From Nostoc sp. (GTDB lineage Bacteria > Cyanobacteriota > Cyanobacteriia > Cyanobacteriales > Nostocaceae), in the NCBI GenBank assembly GCA_036918135.1, contig JBALDB010000067.1:96001-160000 (forward strand): a stretch of 64,000 nucleotides of DNA, written 5' to 3'. Each line of letters begins with the position of its first letter. The first letter of the stretch is position 1. The position numbers and the translations under genes were made by a program. Of this stretch, positions 27,704-38,471 are shown in pieces. Below the pieces are notes generated by a model. The model was given only the letters and a program-made list of their open reading frames with translations, searched no databases and had not been told where the DNA came from.

Positions 27704-27936
27704 ACACAATTGTTACATCTGTATTTATTTATTTGAATAATTTTTATTGGCGTTGTTGCACGAATGATACTTTCAGGGAAAAAGTTGGGAAACCGTAAAG
27801 GCGTAGTGGCTCTCCAACATACATTTATCAAGTTGAGTTGAAAAATTATACCTAGAAAATTATCTGAATTGTCGTCTTCGTCAGAGTTGCCCTTTTTTGA
27901 TTGTCTATTGCTTTTCAAGCTGATTTGTTCAGACAT
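27700..27936 (-). CDS. Possible small protein translationally coupled to the TPR-CHAT gene
   Basis: 78-aa ORF whose TGA overlaps the ATG at 27703 (ATGA); contains RATTP twice, encoded by different synonymous codons. Confidence 0.35.
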   Translation of the reverse strand: MSEQISLKSNRQSKKGNSDEDDNSDNFLGIIFQLNLINVCWRATTPLRFPNFFPESIIRATTPIKIIQINKYRCNNCV

Positions 27937-28296
27937 GAAAAACTGGGTTAGAAGATGTCTGAAAAGTTTTTAATAGGTTATTAAAATCACGTCAGTTGTT
28001 TGAGCATTCATTTAGTACCATCCTTGTTTTGAGCAATCAACTTAGATTTTGCATTAACTTGGATGACTAGATTTTTATAAATTCAATATTTTTTATTAGT
28101 AAATTAATTTTATGGATAGAGAAGATTAATGACGGATTTTAACTAAAAATACTATATCTCTTGATAATTAGCTTCTAGCAAAAGAAGTTTTGAAAATGAA
28201 ACAAAATCTATCTAGAGATAAATTCCTAAAATTTACAAACTAGCTTAGGGTGTGTAAAGCCTGTGCAATAAGTATTGGTTAGTTCTAAAGATTTTG

Positions 28297-31200
28297 ATGC
28301 TCCATATTCCTTATTCTCAATTACCGCGTTATGGCATTGCTGTATTAAATGTAGCACTTGCATTAGTTTTAATGCTGATGCTACATTCTTGGCTAAGCAT
28401 AAGTGGAATTCATTTTTTGCTGTTTTTTAGCGCTGTAATGGTGAGTGCCTGGTATAGCGATCTGAAATCAGGACTATTGGCAACCTTCTTGTCTGTGGTA
28501 GCGAGCAATTACTTCTTCCTATCACCTCTTTATCAACTGAGTTTTGATTTATCTAATTTTCTGGAAACCGGGTTGTTTGGATTACAAGGATTCCTCTTTA
28601 GTATCATCTGTCAGGCATTTAAAACTGCTAAAGGAGAGGCTGATGTAAATTTACAACAGCTCAAAGTCTCACAAGAGCGATTTGGCTTAGCTTTGAGTAG
28701 TTCAGATATGATGGTATTTCAGCACGATCGCAATTTGCGATATCAGTGGATTCATCAGCCTCAAGCTGGCGACACGGCACAAGAAATCCTCGGTAAGTCT
28801 GATGCTGAAATATTTCCTGCCTTAGTAGCAGAGCAATTGACGGCGATTAAGCGCCGAGTATTAGAAACTGGGGTTGCAGCCCGTGAAGAAGTTTGTCTGC
28901 CGATAAATGGAGAAAACCGTTACTACGATTTGCTCGTTGAACCGCTTAAGGATGCAGACAATAGCATTCATGGGATTACTTGTGTGGCTGTGAATATTAC
29001 CCAGCGCCATCAAGCGGAACTAGAAAATACTAGATTGCACAGAGAACTTCAGCAAGCTGTTCAGCAAAAAGATGAATCTTTGGCGTTGCTTAATGCTTGG
29101 CTGACCACTTCACCAGTAGCGCTGGCTTTCCTTGATACTGAACTTCGCTACGTTTACGCTAATGAAGCCCTAGCAGCTACTAATGGTGTACCACTAAACC
29201 AACATATTGGTCGCACCTTGAGGCAAGTCTTACCAGAATGGGCAGAGCAAATCGAGCCTGTATTTAAGCAAGTGATGGCAACCAGGCAGCCCTTACTGAA
29301 CCAGGAAATAAGCAGTGAAACTTATCCGCTTGGAATGTGTCGTTACGGTATTGTCAACTATTATCCGGTGTGTTTACCAGATGGACAGTTGCTAGGAGTT
29401 GGTATCACATCCATTGATATCACTCAACAGAAACAATCTGAGCAAACATTACGAGAAAGCGAAGCGAAGTTTCGCAGTGTAGTTGAGTCAAATATGATTG
29501 GCATTGGGTTTTGGCAAACAGACGGCAAAATCACAGATGCTAATGATGCCTTGTTGGATATGTTGGGTTATTCTCGTGCAGAATTAGTTTCCAGCGAACT
29601 TAACTGGCAAAACCTGACTCCACCAGAGTACCAGCCACTCGACGAGCAAGCACTGATTCAACTGCAAAACAGTCGCTTTTGCACACCCTATGAAAAAGAA
29701 TATATTTGTAAAGACGGCTCACGCTTGCCAGTTTTGATAGGTGCTAGCCACTTTGAGGAGACTTTTGAGCGAGGAGCTTTCTTTGTTCTGGATATCACAC
29801 AGCGCAAGCAGGCTGAGCAAAGACTCCGCTATATTGCCGAAGTTACTAATTTACTTTCTACTTCCCTAGATTACGAGCAAACCTTAGAACAAATTGCTAA
29901 TATTTCAGTTCCCCAGCTAGCTGATTGGTGTAGCGTCGATATTCTCAATGAAGACAGTTCTATTCGTCCCTTATGTATTGCCCATGCAGACCCATCCAAA
30001 GCAGAATTGGCGCGTAAACTTCAGCAGTATGGGCAGAATTACAAGGGTGCAAATGCAATTACTAGAGTATTGCAAACTGGACAAAGCGAATTAATCTCAG
30101 AGGTATCTGACTGGCTATTAGTGACAAATACTCAGAATGAAGAACACTTAGAACTTGTTCGGCAATTGGGGATCAAGTCTGTGATGATTGTGCCGTTAGT
30201 CGCAGGAGGGCGAGTACTCGGCAGCATTACGTTTATTACTGCCGAATCAAACCGTCGCTACGATCGCTCTGACTTGACTTTAGCAACAGATATCGCCTCT
30301 CGTGCTGCTTTAGCAGTAGAAAATGCCCAACTTTATCGAGACATCCACCAAGCTTTAGTTCATTATGCTGAATCTTTATCTCTTCTAGATGCGCTGCTAG
30401 GAGCCGCTCCCGTTGCTGTATGCTTTTTGGATCGCCATCTGCGATATATCAGGATTAATCAGGTGTTTGCTGACATCAACGGTTTAACTATAGAACAACA
30501 CTTAGGACGCAAATTTCCAGAAGTACTACCAGAAATGGCGGCTGAGTTGGAAGTACAGTTACAGCAGGTGTTAAATACTGGAGAACCACTGCTGAACATA
30601 GAAATTAATACCCAAACACCAGGGCAACCTGAAAGTTATCGATACTGGCTGAGCAATTATTACCCAGTCAACAACCGAATGGGCGAAACAGAAGGAATTG
30701 GCATAATTATGGCAGATGTAACAGCAGCAAAACAAACAGAAGTTGCTTTGCGAGAAAGCGAAGAAAGATTCCGGGCAATGTTCAATCAAGCTGCTGTAGG
30801 TATTGCTCTAATAGGCTTGGATGGACAATTTCTTCAGGTTAATCCGGCGCTGTGCCAGATTACTGGCTACAGCCATGAAGAATTAATTCAAATGAACTTC
30901 GAGGAAATTACTCATCCTGACGATCTAGAAGCTGATAAAGAAAATGCTCGGCGAGTTTTGGCACAAGAAGAAATTAGTGGTTATTCCCTAGAAAAGCGCT
31001 ACATCCGCAAAGATGGTTCTATTGTTTGGGTAAACCTAACTTCATCAGCAGTTTGGAATTCTCAAGGAGAACTCAAGTATGCATCAGGTATTATCGAAGA
31101 TATCAGCGATCGCAAACGAGTTGAAGCCACGCAACAGTTTTTAGTCGAAGCCAGCGCCCTACTTGCTGCCTCATTGGATTATGAAATCACCCTAGCCAAT

Positions 31201-33396
31201 GTGGCTAATCTAGCAGTTCCTACCCTGGCTGACTGGTGTATTGTAGATGTTTTCCAGGAAGATTGGTCAAGTAAACAAATTGCGATCGCAATTGCTCAGC
31301 CAACAAAACAAAATATTTTAAACGAAATCCAACGGCGTTATCCACCTAAAACTGGGGCACAACAGCTTGTAGAGCAACTACGGCTGGGAATACCTGTTTT
31401 TTATCCAGAATTATCTAACTCTCATCTTTTACAGATGGCTCAAAACCAGGAACATCTGCAATTACTCCAGAGTTTGGGTATTTGTTCTCTAATGGTGATT
31501 CCAGTCCGTTCTCGCGGGCAATTATTTGGCGCAATCTCTTTTTTTACAGCCGAATCGGGTAGGCACTACCAGCATGTAGACTTAGCCTTGGCAGAGGATA
31601 TTGCTCGCCGTGCTGCTACAGCCATTGACAATGCGAGACTCTACCAAGAAACTCAGCAAGCAAAACAAGCAGCAGAGCTATCTGTTAATCGTACTGTGCT
31701 TTTACAAAGTATTACTGCTGCCCTCTCCGAAGCCCTAACTTCTCAACAAGTCGCTGATGTGGTGATGAACCAAGGAATTGCTGCCTTGGGAGCCTGTGCT
31801 GGTTGCGTTGTCTTACTTAAAGCAAGTACTACCTTGAAAGTTATCCAAGCAACTGGCTATCCACAATCACTTATAGATATCTGGAAAAGTTTTCCGATTA
31901 CTGCTGATAACCAAATCGCTCAAACAGTCAGAACTAAGAAGCCAATTTTTTTAGAAAATCTAGAAGCCTTGATGGCGAACTATCCCAACTTAGCTGATAC
32001 TGTGGCTGTGGCTGGGAATAATGCCTGGGTTTCTATACCATTAATAGCAGAGGGTAAAGCCATTGGCGCACTGGGATTTAGCTTTGCTACTGCCCAAGGT
32101 TTTAACGAACAAGAGCGGCGATTTATGTTGACATTGGGACAGCAATGTGGTCAAGCCATTGCCCGCGCTCAACTTTACGAAGCAGAAAAGACTGCACGCG
32201 CCCAAGCTGAGACTGCTAACCGAATTAAGGATGAATTCCTCGCTGTCCTTTCTCACGAATTGAGAACTCCCCTCAACCCGATTTTAGGCTGGGCAAAGTT
32301 ACTCAGAACCCGGAAGTTTGACGAAGCGACTAAAGTCCGTGCTTTAGAAATAATTGAACGCAACGCCAAGTTACAAACCCAACTCATTGAAGACTTGCTG
32401 GATGTGTCGCGGATTTTACGAGGTAAGCTGAGTCTAAATCTCCATGCAGTGGATTTGAAACTTACGATCGCTGCCGCCCAAGAAACAGTACTTTTAGCAG
32501 CAGAAGCCAAGTCAATTGAAATTGAAACACTTCTTAATAATGATGTCGGCAAAGTTTTAGGCGATGGCGATCGCTTGCAACAAATTATGTGGAATCTACT
32601 TTCCAATGCCGTTAAATTTACACCTGCTGGAGGACGAGTAGAAGTACGTTTAGAACAGGTGAAGGAAGAGGACGCAGGCAATTTATCGCAAACTGCCTCC
32701 TCTTCTCCTGGCTATGCTCAAATCCAGGTGATTGATACAGGTAAGGGAATCAACCCAGAATTTTTGCCTCACGTTTTTGACTACTTTTGCCAAGCAGATT
32801 CCAAGACAACCAGGATATTTGGCGGACTGGGATTAGGATTAGCAATTGTGCATCATTTAGTAGAACTTCACGGTGGTACAGTTGAGGCAGAAAGTCCAGG
32901 AGTTGGACAGGGAGCAACCTTTACAGTTAAGCTACCTTTGCTCAAAAGTACAGAGTCACGAGTTTCCAGCCCGGAATCTTCTAACTTAGAACTGAGTACT
33001 GAAGACTCATTACTTTTGGGAGTAAAAATTTTGCTTGTAGACGACCAAGAAGATGTACGTGACTTTTTTAGCTTTGCCTTAGAACAGTATGGAGCGACTG
33101 TAACCGCAGTTGCATCCGCACCTGAAGCATTAAAAGCACTAGCTCAGTCAAAGCCAGATATCCTGTTAAGCGATATCGGAATGCCCTTGATGGATGGTTA
33201 CATGCTACTGCGCCAAGTAAGAAAATTGTCGCCAGAACAAGGCGGACAAATTCCAGCCATCGCTTTGACTGCTTATGCTGGAGAAATTAACCATAATCGA
33301 GCATTAGCAGCCGGATTTCAAAAACATTTATCCAAACCCGTCGAACCATTAGATTTAGCTACTGCGATCGTTAATCTAATTCGTAATAGTATCTAG
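28297..33396 (+). CDS. Hybrid sensor histidine kinase (DUF4118-type TM sensor, multiple PAS, 3 GAF, HisKA, HATPase_c, REC)
   Basis: H-box FLAVLSHELRTPLNPILG, N-box NLLSNAVKF, DTGKGI, GGLGLGLAI, REC DILLSDIGMP. Confidence 0.95.
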   Translation: MLHIPYSQLPRYGIAVLNVALALVLMLMLHSWLSISGIHFLLFFSAVMVSAWYSDLKSGLLATFLSVVASNYFFLSPLYQLSFDLSNFLETGLFGLQGFLFSIICQAFKTAKGEADVNLQQLKVSQERFGLALSSSDMMVFQHDRNLRYQWIHQPQAGDTAQEILGKSDAEIFPALVAEQLTAIKRRVLETGVAAREEVCLPINGENRYYDLLVEPLKDADNSIHGITCVAVNITQRHQAELENTRLHRELQQAVQQKDESLALLNAWLTTSPVALAFLDTELRYVYANEALAATNGVPLNQHIGRTLRQVLPEWAEQIEPVFKQVMATRQPLLNQEISSETYPLGMCRYGIVNYYPVCLPDGQLLGVGITSIDITQQKQSEQTLRESEAKFRSVVESNMIGIGFWQTDGKITDANDALLDMLGYSRAELVSSELNWQNLTPPEYQPLDEQALIQLQNSRFCTPYEKEYICKDGSRLPVLIGASHFEETFERGAFFVLDITQRKQAEQRLRYIAEVTNLLSTSLDYEQTLEQIANISVPQLADWCSVDILNEDSSIRPLCIAHADPSKAELARKLQQYGQNYKGANAITRVLQTGQSELISEVSDWLLVTNTQNEEHLELVRQLGIKSVMIVPLVAGGRVLGSITFITAESNRRYDRSDLTLATDIASRAALAVENAQLYRDIHQALVHYAESLSLLDALLGAAPVAVCFLDRHLRYIRINQVFADINGLTIEQHLGRKFPEVLPEMAAELEVQLQQVLNTGEPLLNIEINTQTPGQPESYRYWLSNYYPVNNRMGETEGIGIIMADVTAAKQTEVALRESEERFRAMFNQAAVGIALIGLDGQFLQVNPALCQITGYSHEELIQMNFEEITHPDDLEADKENARRVLAQEEISGYSLEKRYIRKDGSIVWVNLTSSAVWNSQGELKYASGIIEDISDRKRVEATQQFLVEASALLAASLDYEITLANVANLAVPTLADWCIVDVFQEDWSSKQIAIAIAQPTKQNILNEIQRRYPPKTGAQQLVEQLRLGIPVFYPELSNSHLLQMAQNQEHLQLLQSLGICSLMVIPVRSRGQLFGAISFFTAESGRHYQHVDLALAEDIARRAATAIDNARLYQETQQAKQAAELSVNRTVLLQSITAALSEALTSQQVADVVMNQGIAALGACAGCVVLLKASTTLKVIQATGYPQSLIDIWKSFPITADNQIAQTVRTKKPIFLENLEALMANYPNLADTVAVAGNNAWVSIPLIAEGKAIGALGFSFATAQGFNEQERRFMLTLGQQCGQAIARAQLYEAEKTARAQAETANRIKDEFLAVLSHELRTPLNPILGWAKLLRTRKFDEATKVRALEIIERNAKLQTQLIEDLLDVSRILRGKLSLNLHAVDLKLTIAAAQETVLLAAEAKSIEIETLLNNDVGKVLGDGDRLQQIMWNLLSNAVKFTPAGGRVEVRLEQVKEEDAGNLSQTASSSPGYAQIQVIDTGKGINPEFLPHVFDYFCQADSKTTRIFGGLGLGLAIVHHLVELHGGTVEAESPGVGQGATFTVKLPLLKSTESRVSSPESSNLELSTEDSLLLGVKILLVDDQEDVRDFFSFALEQYGATVTAVASAPEALKALAQSKPDILLSDIGMPLMDGYMLLRQVRKLSPEQGGQIPAIALTAYAGEINHNRALAAGFQKHLSKPVEPLDLATAIVNLIRNSI

Positions 33397-33510
33397 CTTC
33401 TCTCGAATAGCTTGACGATAGAATTCTGGAGGGTCGGGTTTAGCTTTTACTTCTTCCTGCATTTTTTTGCTGACACGAATACAGGACTTACGCAAAGGTA
33501 ACGTATTTCC

Positions 33511-33575
33511 GTCATTGCGAGCGAAGCGAAGCAATTCCAGAGACTTTGCGATTGCTTCGCTTCGCTCGCAATGAC
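33511..33575. repeat. REP-like perfect palindrome
   Basis: 25-bp arms GTCATTGCGAGCGAAGCGAAGCAAT / ATTGCTTCGCTTCGCTCGCAATGAC with a 15-nt loop. Confidence 0.85.
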
Positions 33576-33657
33576 ATCTTAGATTTAATCATGTCTATCC
33601 ACTTATCACCAACCGGGAGATAAGGGGGACAAAATTTTAAAAGTTTCAAGTTCAAAG

Positions 33658-33878
33658 GCTCAACTTTCACCTTCAGAGGCTCAACGTTCACCTTCAGAAG
33701 CTCAACGTTCACCTTCAGAAGCTCAACTTTCACCCTCAGAAGCTCAACGTTCACCTTCAGAAGCTCAACTTTCATCTTCAAAAGCTCAACTTTCACCTTC
33801 AGAAGCTCAACTTTCACCTTCAGAAGCTCAACGTTCACCTTCAAAAGCTCAACGTTCACCTTCAGAGGCTCAAGTTTC
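33658..33878. repeat. 21-bp tandem repeat array, 10 full units plus one partial
   Basis: Units GCTCAAC(T/G)TTCACCTTCAGAA starting at 33658, 33679, 33700 ... 33847; no unique spacers. Confidence 0.9.
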
Positions 33879-33954
33879 GAGTTGAAAGATTACAGCAGAT
33901 TGCAAGTAAGTGAGGTATAAAATCCAGGACTGATTCATCAGAGATAAAGAGTTT

Positions 33955-34093
33955 CTACCTCCTACTTCCTGCCCCCTGCCCCCTGCCTCCTACCTCCTAC
34001 TTCCTGCCTCCTGCCCCCTACCTCCCTATCTTCCTGCCTCCTGCCCCCTGCCTCCTACCTCCTGCCCCCTGCCCCCCTGCCTCCTACTTCCCC
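33955..34093. repeat. STRR-type heptamer array (CCTGCCT/CCTGCCC/CCTACTT)
   Basis: C-rich degenerate 7-mers tandemly repeated upstream of the ABC ATPase gene. Confidence 0.85.
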
Positions 34094-34154
34094 CATACCC
34101 AATATCGCGATCTAAGATTATTAAATATCTTCTAATTTACGATCGCCACTAACG

Positions 34155-35147
34155 ATGATTGAAGTCGAGCATCTAAGTAAAATATACGGTTCTACCCCAG
34201 CGATTACTGATGTCACTTTTAGCGTCGAACCAGGGGAAATTTTAGGCTTATTGGGGCCGAATGGTGCTGGTAAAACAACAACCATGCGGATTCTGGCTGG
34301 TTATTTACCGGCAACCGATGGCAATGCGCGGATTGCTGGTTATGATGTCCATGAAAATTCCCTGGCTGTGCGCCAAAGAATTGGTTATTTACCGGAAACA
34401 CCGCCGTTATATCCAGATATGACAGTGGAAGGATTTTTACATTTTGTGGCGCGAATTAAAGGAGTTCCAGCAGGCGATCGCAGTAATAAGGTTATAGCAG
34501 CAATCGAACGTTGTAACTTGCAAGATAAACGTCGGGTAATTATTCGCAAACTTTCTAAAGGATATCGCCAACGGGTAGGAATTGCTCAAGCGATCGTCCA
34601 CGATCCGCCAGCAATTATTCTGGATGAACCCACCGTAGGACTCGATCCCAGGCAAATAATTGAAGTGCGGAATTTAATTAAAAGTCTTGCTGGTACTCAC
34701 ACAATTATTCTCTCTACACACATTCTCCCAGAAGTGAGTATGACTTGTAGCCGCGTTGCGATCATTAATCGCGGTAAAGTTGTCGCAACTAATACACCAG
34801 AAAATTTGATGACCCAATTGACAGGTGGCTCTGGATATGAAATTGAAATAGAAGGAGAAGCCGCCCTCGCCAAACAGGTATTACAAAACGTGGCGGGTGT
34901 GAGTTTGGTAGAATCAATCCCGACAGTGGGAATACACACTCATCAACCCCAGACAAATCGGGCTTACCTGCGGGTGATATCGCAACCAGGGAAAGAACCA
35001 GGAAAAGATATTGCCATAACATTAGTGCGTGCAGGTTTTGGTTTACATGAATTGCGGCGAGTTAACGCTACCTTAGAAGATGTATTCTTGCAACTGACCA
35101 CAGAAGAAAAGAATTTAGAAGCAGCCGCACAAGGAGAAGCCGCATAA
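34155..35147 (+). CDS. ABC transporter ATP-binding protein (GldA-like)
   Basis: GPNGAGKTT, LSKGYRQR, ILDEPTVGLD, STH. Confidence 0.93.
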   Translation: MIEVEHLSKIYGSTPAITDVTFSVEPGEILGLLGPNGAGKTTTMRILAGYLPATDGNARIAGYDVHENSLAVRQRIGYLPETPPLYPDMTVEGFLHFVARIKGVPAGDRSNKVIAAIERCNLQDKRRVIIRKLSKGYRQRVGIAQAIVHDPPAIILDEPTVGLDPRQIIEVRNLIKSLAGTHTIILSTHILPEVSMTCSRVAIINRGKVVATNTPENLMTQLTGGSGYEIEIEGEAALAKQVLQNVAGVSLVESIPTVGIHTHQPQTNRAYLRVISQPGKEPGKDIAITLVRAGFGLHELRRVNATLEDVFLQLTTEEKNLEAAAQGEAA

Positions 35148-35960
35148 ATGGGTGTAGTACTGGGTAATATTATTGCCATTTATCGCCGAGAGTTACAGAG
35201 TTATTTTGTATCACCTTTGGCTTATGCGATCGCGAGTGTATTTTGGTTCATTGCCGGATTATTTTTCATCATGATTTTGGTGGGGCCAGATGGCATATTG
35301 CCAGCAGTCGCAGCCTTAGATTTACAAGGACAACAACTGGGAGTGCCAATTCCGCCAATAGATGTGCCCTACGAATTTATTCGCGCATTTTTGGATCGCA
35401 TGGGGTGGCTATTATTGTTTATCTTGCCAATTTTGTCGATGGGACTTTATGCTGAAGAACGCAAGCGGGGCACTTTAGAACTATTAGCCACGTCACCAAT
35501 CACCAACTGGGCGGTAGCTGTAGGTAAATTATTAGGCGTGCTAACATTTTTTACCACAATGGTCATACCCATGCTAGTGTTTGAAGCGATCGCCATCAGC
35601 GGTTCAAATCCCCCAATGACACCGACAATTCTCTTACTCGGTCATTTGGGATTAATCTTACTAGCAGCGGCAATTTTATCTTTAGGAATGTTTATTTCTT
35701 CATTAACAGACAGCACAATTCTGTCTGCCGTTCTTACCTTCGGAGTCATCTTATTATTATTGTTGATTGACTTAATTGCCAAAATTGTCCCAAATCCTCT
35801 GGGCGAAGCCATAGGTTACCTATCGTTACTGAAACATTACAACACCCTTATTCAAGGCATTTACGATACCAGCGCCTTGATTTTATTTGCCAGTTATATT
35901 TTTTTGGGCATCTTTCTCACAGCTCAATCAATAGATGCACTGCGTTTTCAGCGTAATTAG
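35148..35960 (+). CDS. ABC-2 permease (GldF-like)
   Basis: RELQSYFVSP, AEERKRGTLELLAT, multiple TM segments. Confidence 0.9.
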   Translation: MGVVLGNIIAIYRRELQSYFVSPLAYAIASVFWFIAGLFFIMILVGPDGILPAVAALDLQGQQLGVPIPPIDVPYEFIRAFLDRMGWLLLFILPILSMGLYAEERKRGTLELLATSPITNWAVAVGKLLGVLTFFTTMVIPMLVFEAIAISGSNPPMTPTILLLGHLGLILLAAAILSLGMFISSLTDSTILSAVLTFGVILLLLLIDLIAKIVPNPLGEAIGYLSLLKHYNTLIQGIYDTSALILFASYIFLGIFLTAQSIDALRFQRN

Positions 35961-35965
35961 TCATT

Positions 35966-37714
35966 ATGAAGATAGTCACAAAGAAGAAACTGTGGAAATA
36001 TCTGTTTTGGCTAGGCCCGTTCCTAGTTACAGTCGGGTTAACAGTTGGGTTAGTTTCTGAACAATGGGGACTAATTTCATTAATATTCTTAATTACGGGA
36101 ATTGTCATTATTGGGTTGTGGATAATATGGCAAAGCTATCAAACCAAGTGGTGGAAGCGTCGGTCTACCCAAGCTGGGACTAATGCCTTAGTAGCAACTG
36201 TGGCAGTATTAATAATTTTGGGATTGATTAACTTTTTAGGGACTCGCTATCACTTCCGGACAGATTTTACAGAAACTCAATTGTTTACGCTTGCGCCTCA
36301 GTCACGCGAATTGGTGAAAGTTCTACCACAGCCAGTTAAAGTCTGGGTGTTTGATATTAACCAAAATCCCCAAGACCAAGAATTATTAGAAAATTATCGC
36401 CGACAAAGCTCAAAATTTAATTTTGAATATATAAATCCTCAGCTTAGACCAGGACTGGCAGAAAAATTTGGTGTCAAAGATTATGGCGAAGTCTACTTAG
36501 AATCTGGCAACAAAAGGCAATTAGTCCAAACAATAAATCAGAACGAACGGCTTTCAGAGGTCAAATTAACTAGTCGCCTGCAACAACTAGCAAGTTCAAA
36601 CACAACCAAAGTTTACTTACTCCAAGGTCATGGCGAACACCAACTTTCACCCGGTCAAGGTGCAATATCGCAAGCAATTCAAGGATTAAACGATAAAAAT
36701 TACACAACATCACCGCTGAATTTAGCAGAAAACCCGAAAGTTCCTCAAGATGCCGCTGTTGTCATAGTAGCTGGCCCTAAGCGAGAGTTGTTTGAAGCCG
36801 AAGTTAAAGCCTTGGAAGAATATTTGAATCGAGGTGGTAACTTACTGCTGATGATCGATCCTAATACTAATTCCAAACTTGACAGCTTGCTAAAAGAGTG
36901 GGGTATTCGTCTGGATAATCGTTTAGCAGTAGATGTTTCAGCCCAAAGCGTCGTAGGACTCGGCCCCGCCACGCCCTTAGTAACAGAATACGGACAACAT
37001 CCGATAACCCAAGATTTCCGCAACGATATTTCTTTTTATCCCATCGCCCGACCTCTGGAAATTACCTCTGTACCAGGTATCCAAGCCACCCCTCTACTGC
37101 AAACCAAACCCTATCCCAGTAGTTGGGCAGAAAGTGACCTAGAAAGCGAAAAATTAGAATTTAATCCAGATAAAGACCTCAAAGGGCCTCTGGTCTTAGG
37201 CGTTGCTTTAACAAGAAAACAAATACCCGAATCAACACCCACTCCCCAAGCTTCACCCACACCTTCCCCCTTAGCGTCACCAACTAGCCAAAGCAAAACT
37301 TCCCCCACTCCCACACCTTCCCCGTTAGCATCACCAACTAGCCAAAGCAAAACTTCCCCCACTCCCACACCCTCTCCCCTAGCATCACCAACCACCCAAA
37401 GCAAAACTTCCCCCACTCCCCCCCCTCCTTCATCTCAAACACCTACTGAATCACGCTTAGTCGTTTTCGGAAATTCTAACTTTGCCACTGATGGCTTGTT
37501 TCAAAGGCAACTAAATGGCGATGTATTTCTCAACTCAGTCACCTGGCTGAATCAACAAGATAAGCAACCCCTTTCTATTCGCCCCAAAGAACCAAAAAAT
37601 CGCCGGATAACCCTGACAACCACCCAAGCCAATCTTTTAACTGTGTCATCTGTGTTAGTTTTACCCCTGATTGGATTTGCTATAGCACTTATTCTTTGGT
37701 GGAAACGAAGATAA
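35966..37714 (+). CDS. GldG-family ABC accessory protein
   Basis: DFTETQLFTL, YLLQGHGE, YLNRGGNLLLMIDP, RLVVFGNSNFA; C-terminal TM; Pro/Thr/Ser-rich linker. Confidence 0.88.
   Translation: MKIVTKKKLWKYLFWLGPFLVTVGLTVGLVSEQWGLISLIFLITGIVIIGLWIIWQSYQTKWWKRRSTQAGTNALVATVAVLIILGLINFLGTRYHFRTDFTETQLFTLAPQSRELVKVLPQPVKVWVFDINQNPQDQELLENYRRQSSKFNFEYINPQLRPGLAEKFGVKDYGEVYLESGNKRQLVQTINQNERLSEVKLTSRLQQLASSNTTKVYLLQGHGEHQLSPGQGAISQAIQGLNDKNYTTSPLNLAENPKVPQDAAVVIVAGPKRELFEAEVKALEEYLNRGGNLLLMIDPNTNSKLDSLLKEWGIRLDNRLAVDVSAQSVVGLGPATPLVTEYGQHPITQDFRNDISFYPIARPLEITSVPGIQATPLLQTKPYPSSWAESDLESEKLEFNPDKDLKGPLVLGVALTRKQIPESTPTPQASPTPSPLASPTSQSKTSPTPTPSPLASPTSQSKTSPTPTPSPLASPTTQSKTSPTPPPPSSQTPTESRLVVFGNSNFATDGLFQRQLNGDVFLNSVTWLNQQDKQPLSIRPKEPKNRRITLTTTQANLLTVSSVLVLPLIGFAIALILWWKRR
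37254..37420 (+). repeat. In-frame 60-bp tandem repeat (about 3 copies, TPSPLASPTSQSKTSPTPTP-like) in the GldG-family gene
   Basis: Repeated AGCAAAACTTCCCCCACTCCC segments at a 60-bp period. Confidence 0.8.
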
Positions 37715-37818
37715 AAAGGGGGTGGGTACTGGGGATTGGTATTGGAAACTGAGCATTCATAAAACTTTTCCCCAGTCCCTAGTCTCCAGTTCTTACTTCT
37801 AATAACAAATGACAAAAA

Positions 37819-38445
37819 ATGAAATTTCCACGAACAACTTTAATTTTGATACTGCTAGCATTGGGTTTAGGCAGTTTTGTATACTTCCATGAAATTAAGG
37901 GTGCTACTCAACAAGAAGAAATTAGAAAGCAAAAACAGCAAATTTTCTCTTTTGCCGAAGATGATGTGCAGGTTTTAACAGTAAAGACAAAAAAACTCAC
38001 CTTAAATCTGGAACGGAACAATCAATATAGTGACTCAAAATGGTTAATTAAATCTCCAATATCGGAACCAGCAAATGACGCTATTGTTTCTTATTTGATG
38101 GATTTGTTAGTCAAGGGTAAGAGCGAGCGTACTTTGTCAACTCCTGCAAATCAGCTTAGAGAATTTGCTTTAGATCAACCGCAAGCAACTATTAATATTA
38201 CCTTGAAAAACAAACAAAACCATCAGTTGATTTTAGGTAAAAAGAACTTTAACGGTAGTTTATTGTACGCTGAAGTTGACCCAGTTAGCAAACCAGATGG
38301 AAACATCAATGTGCTATTGGTATCAACAGATTTTGAAAATGCCGTGAATCGCGAATTATCAGAGTGGAAACAACCCGTAGATAATATTAAATCAACACCT
38401 TTACCAAGTACTCTTCCTCTACCAACTCCAACTAATACTAAATAA
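37819..38445 (+). CDS. DUF4340 domain protein
   Basis: N-terminal TM, WLIKSP..PA, EFALDQP, LILGKKNF; fourth gene of the Gld-like ABC operon. Confidence 0.8.
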   Translation: MKFPRTTLILILLALGLGSFVYFHEIKGATQQEEIRKQKQQIFSFAEDDVQVLTVKTKKLTLNLERNNQYSDSKWLIKSPISEPANDAIVSYLMDLLVKGKSERTLSTPANQLREFALDQPQATINITLKNKQNHQLILGKKNFNGSLLYAEVDPVSKPDGNINVLLVSTDFENAVNRELSEWKQPVDNIKSTPLPSTLPLPTPTNTK

Positions 38446-38471
38446 GCAATTAAAAAATACGATAATATTTC

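Noticed and set aside
33512..33859. 115-aa VNVELLK-repeat ORF
   Set aside because: Translation of a 21-bp tandem array and a palindrome; no credible RBS or start.
33658..33878. Possible CRISPR array
   Set aside because: Units are contiguous with no unique spacers, and no cas genes are nearby.
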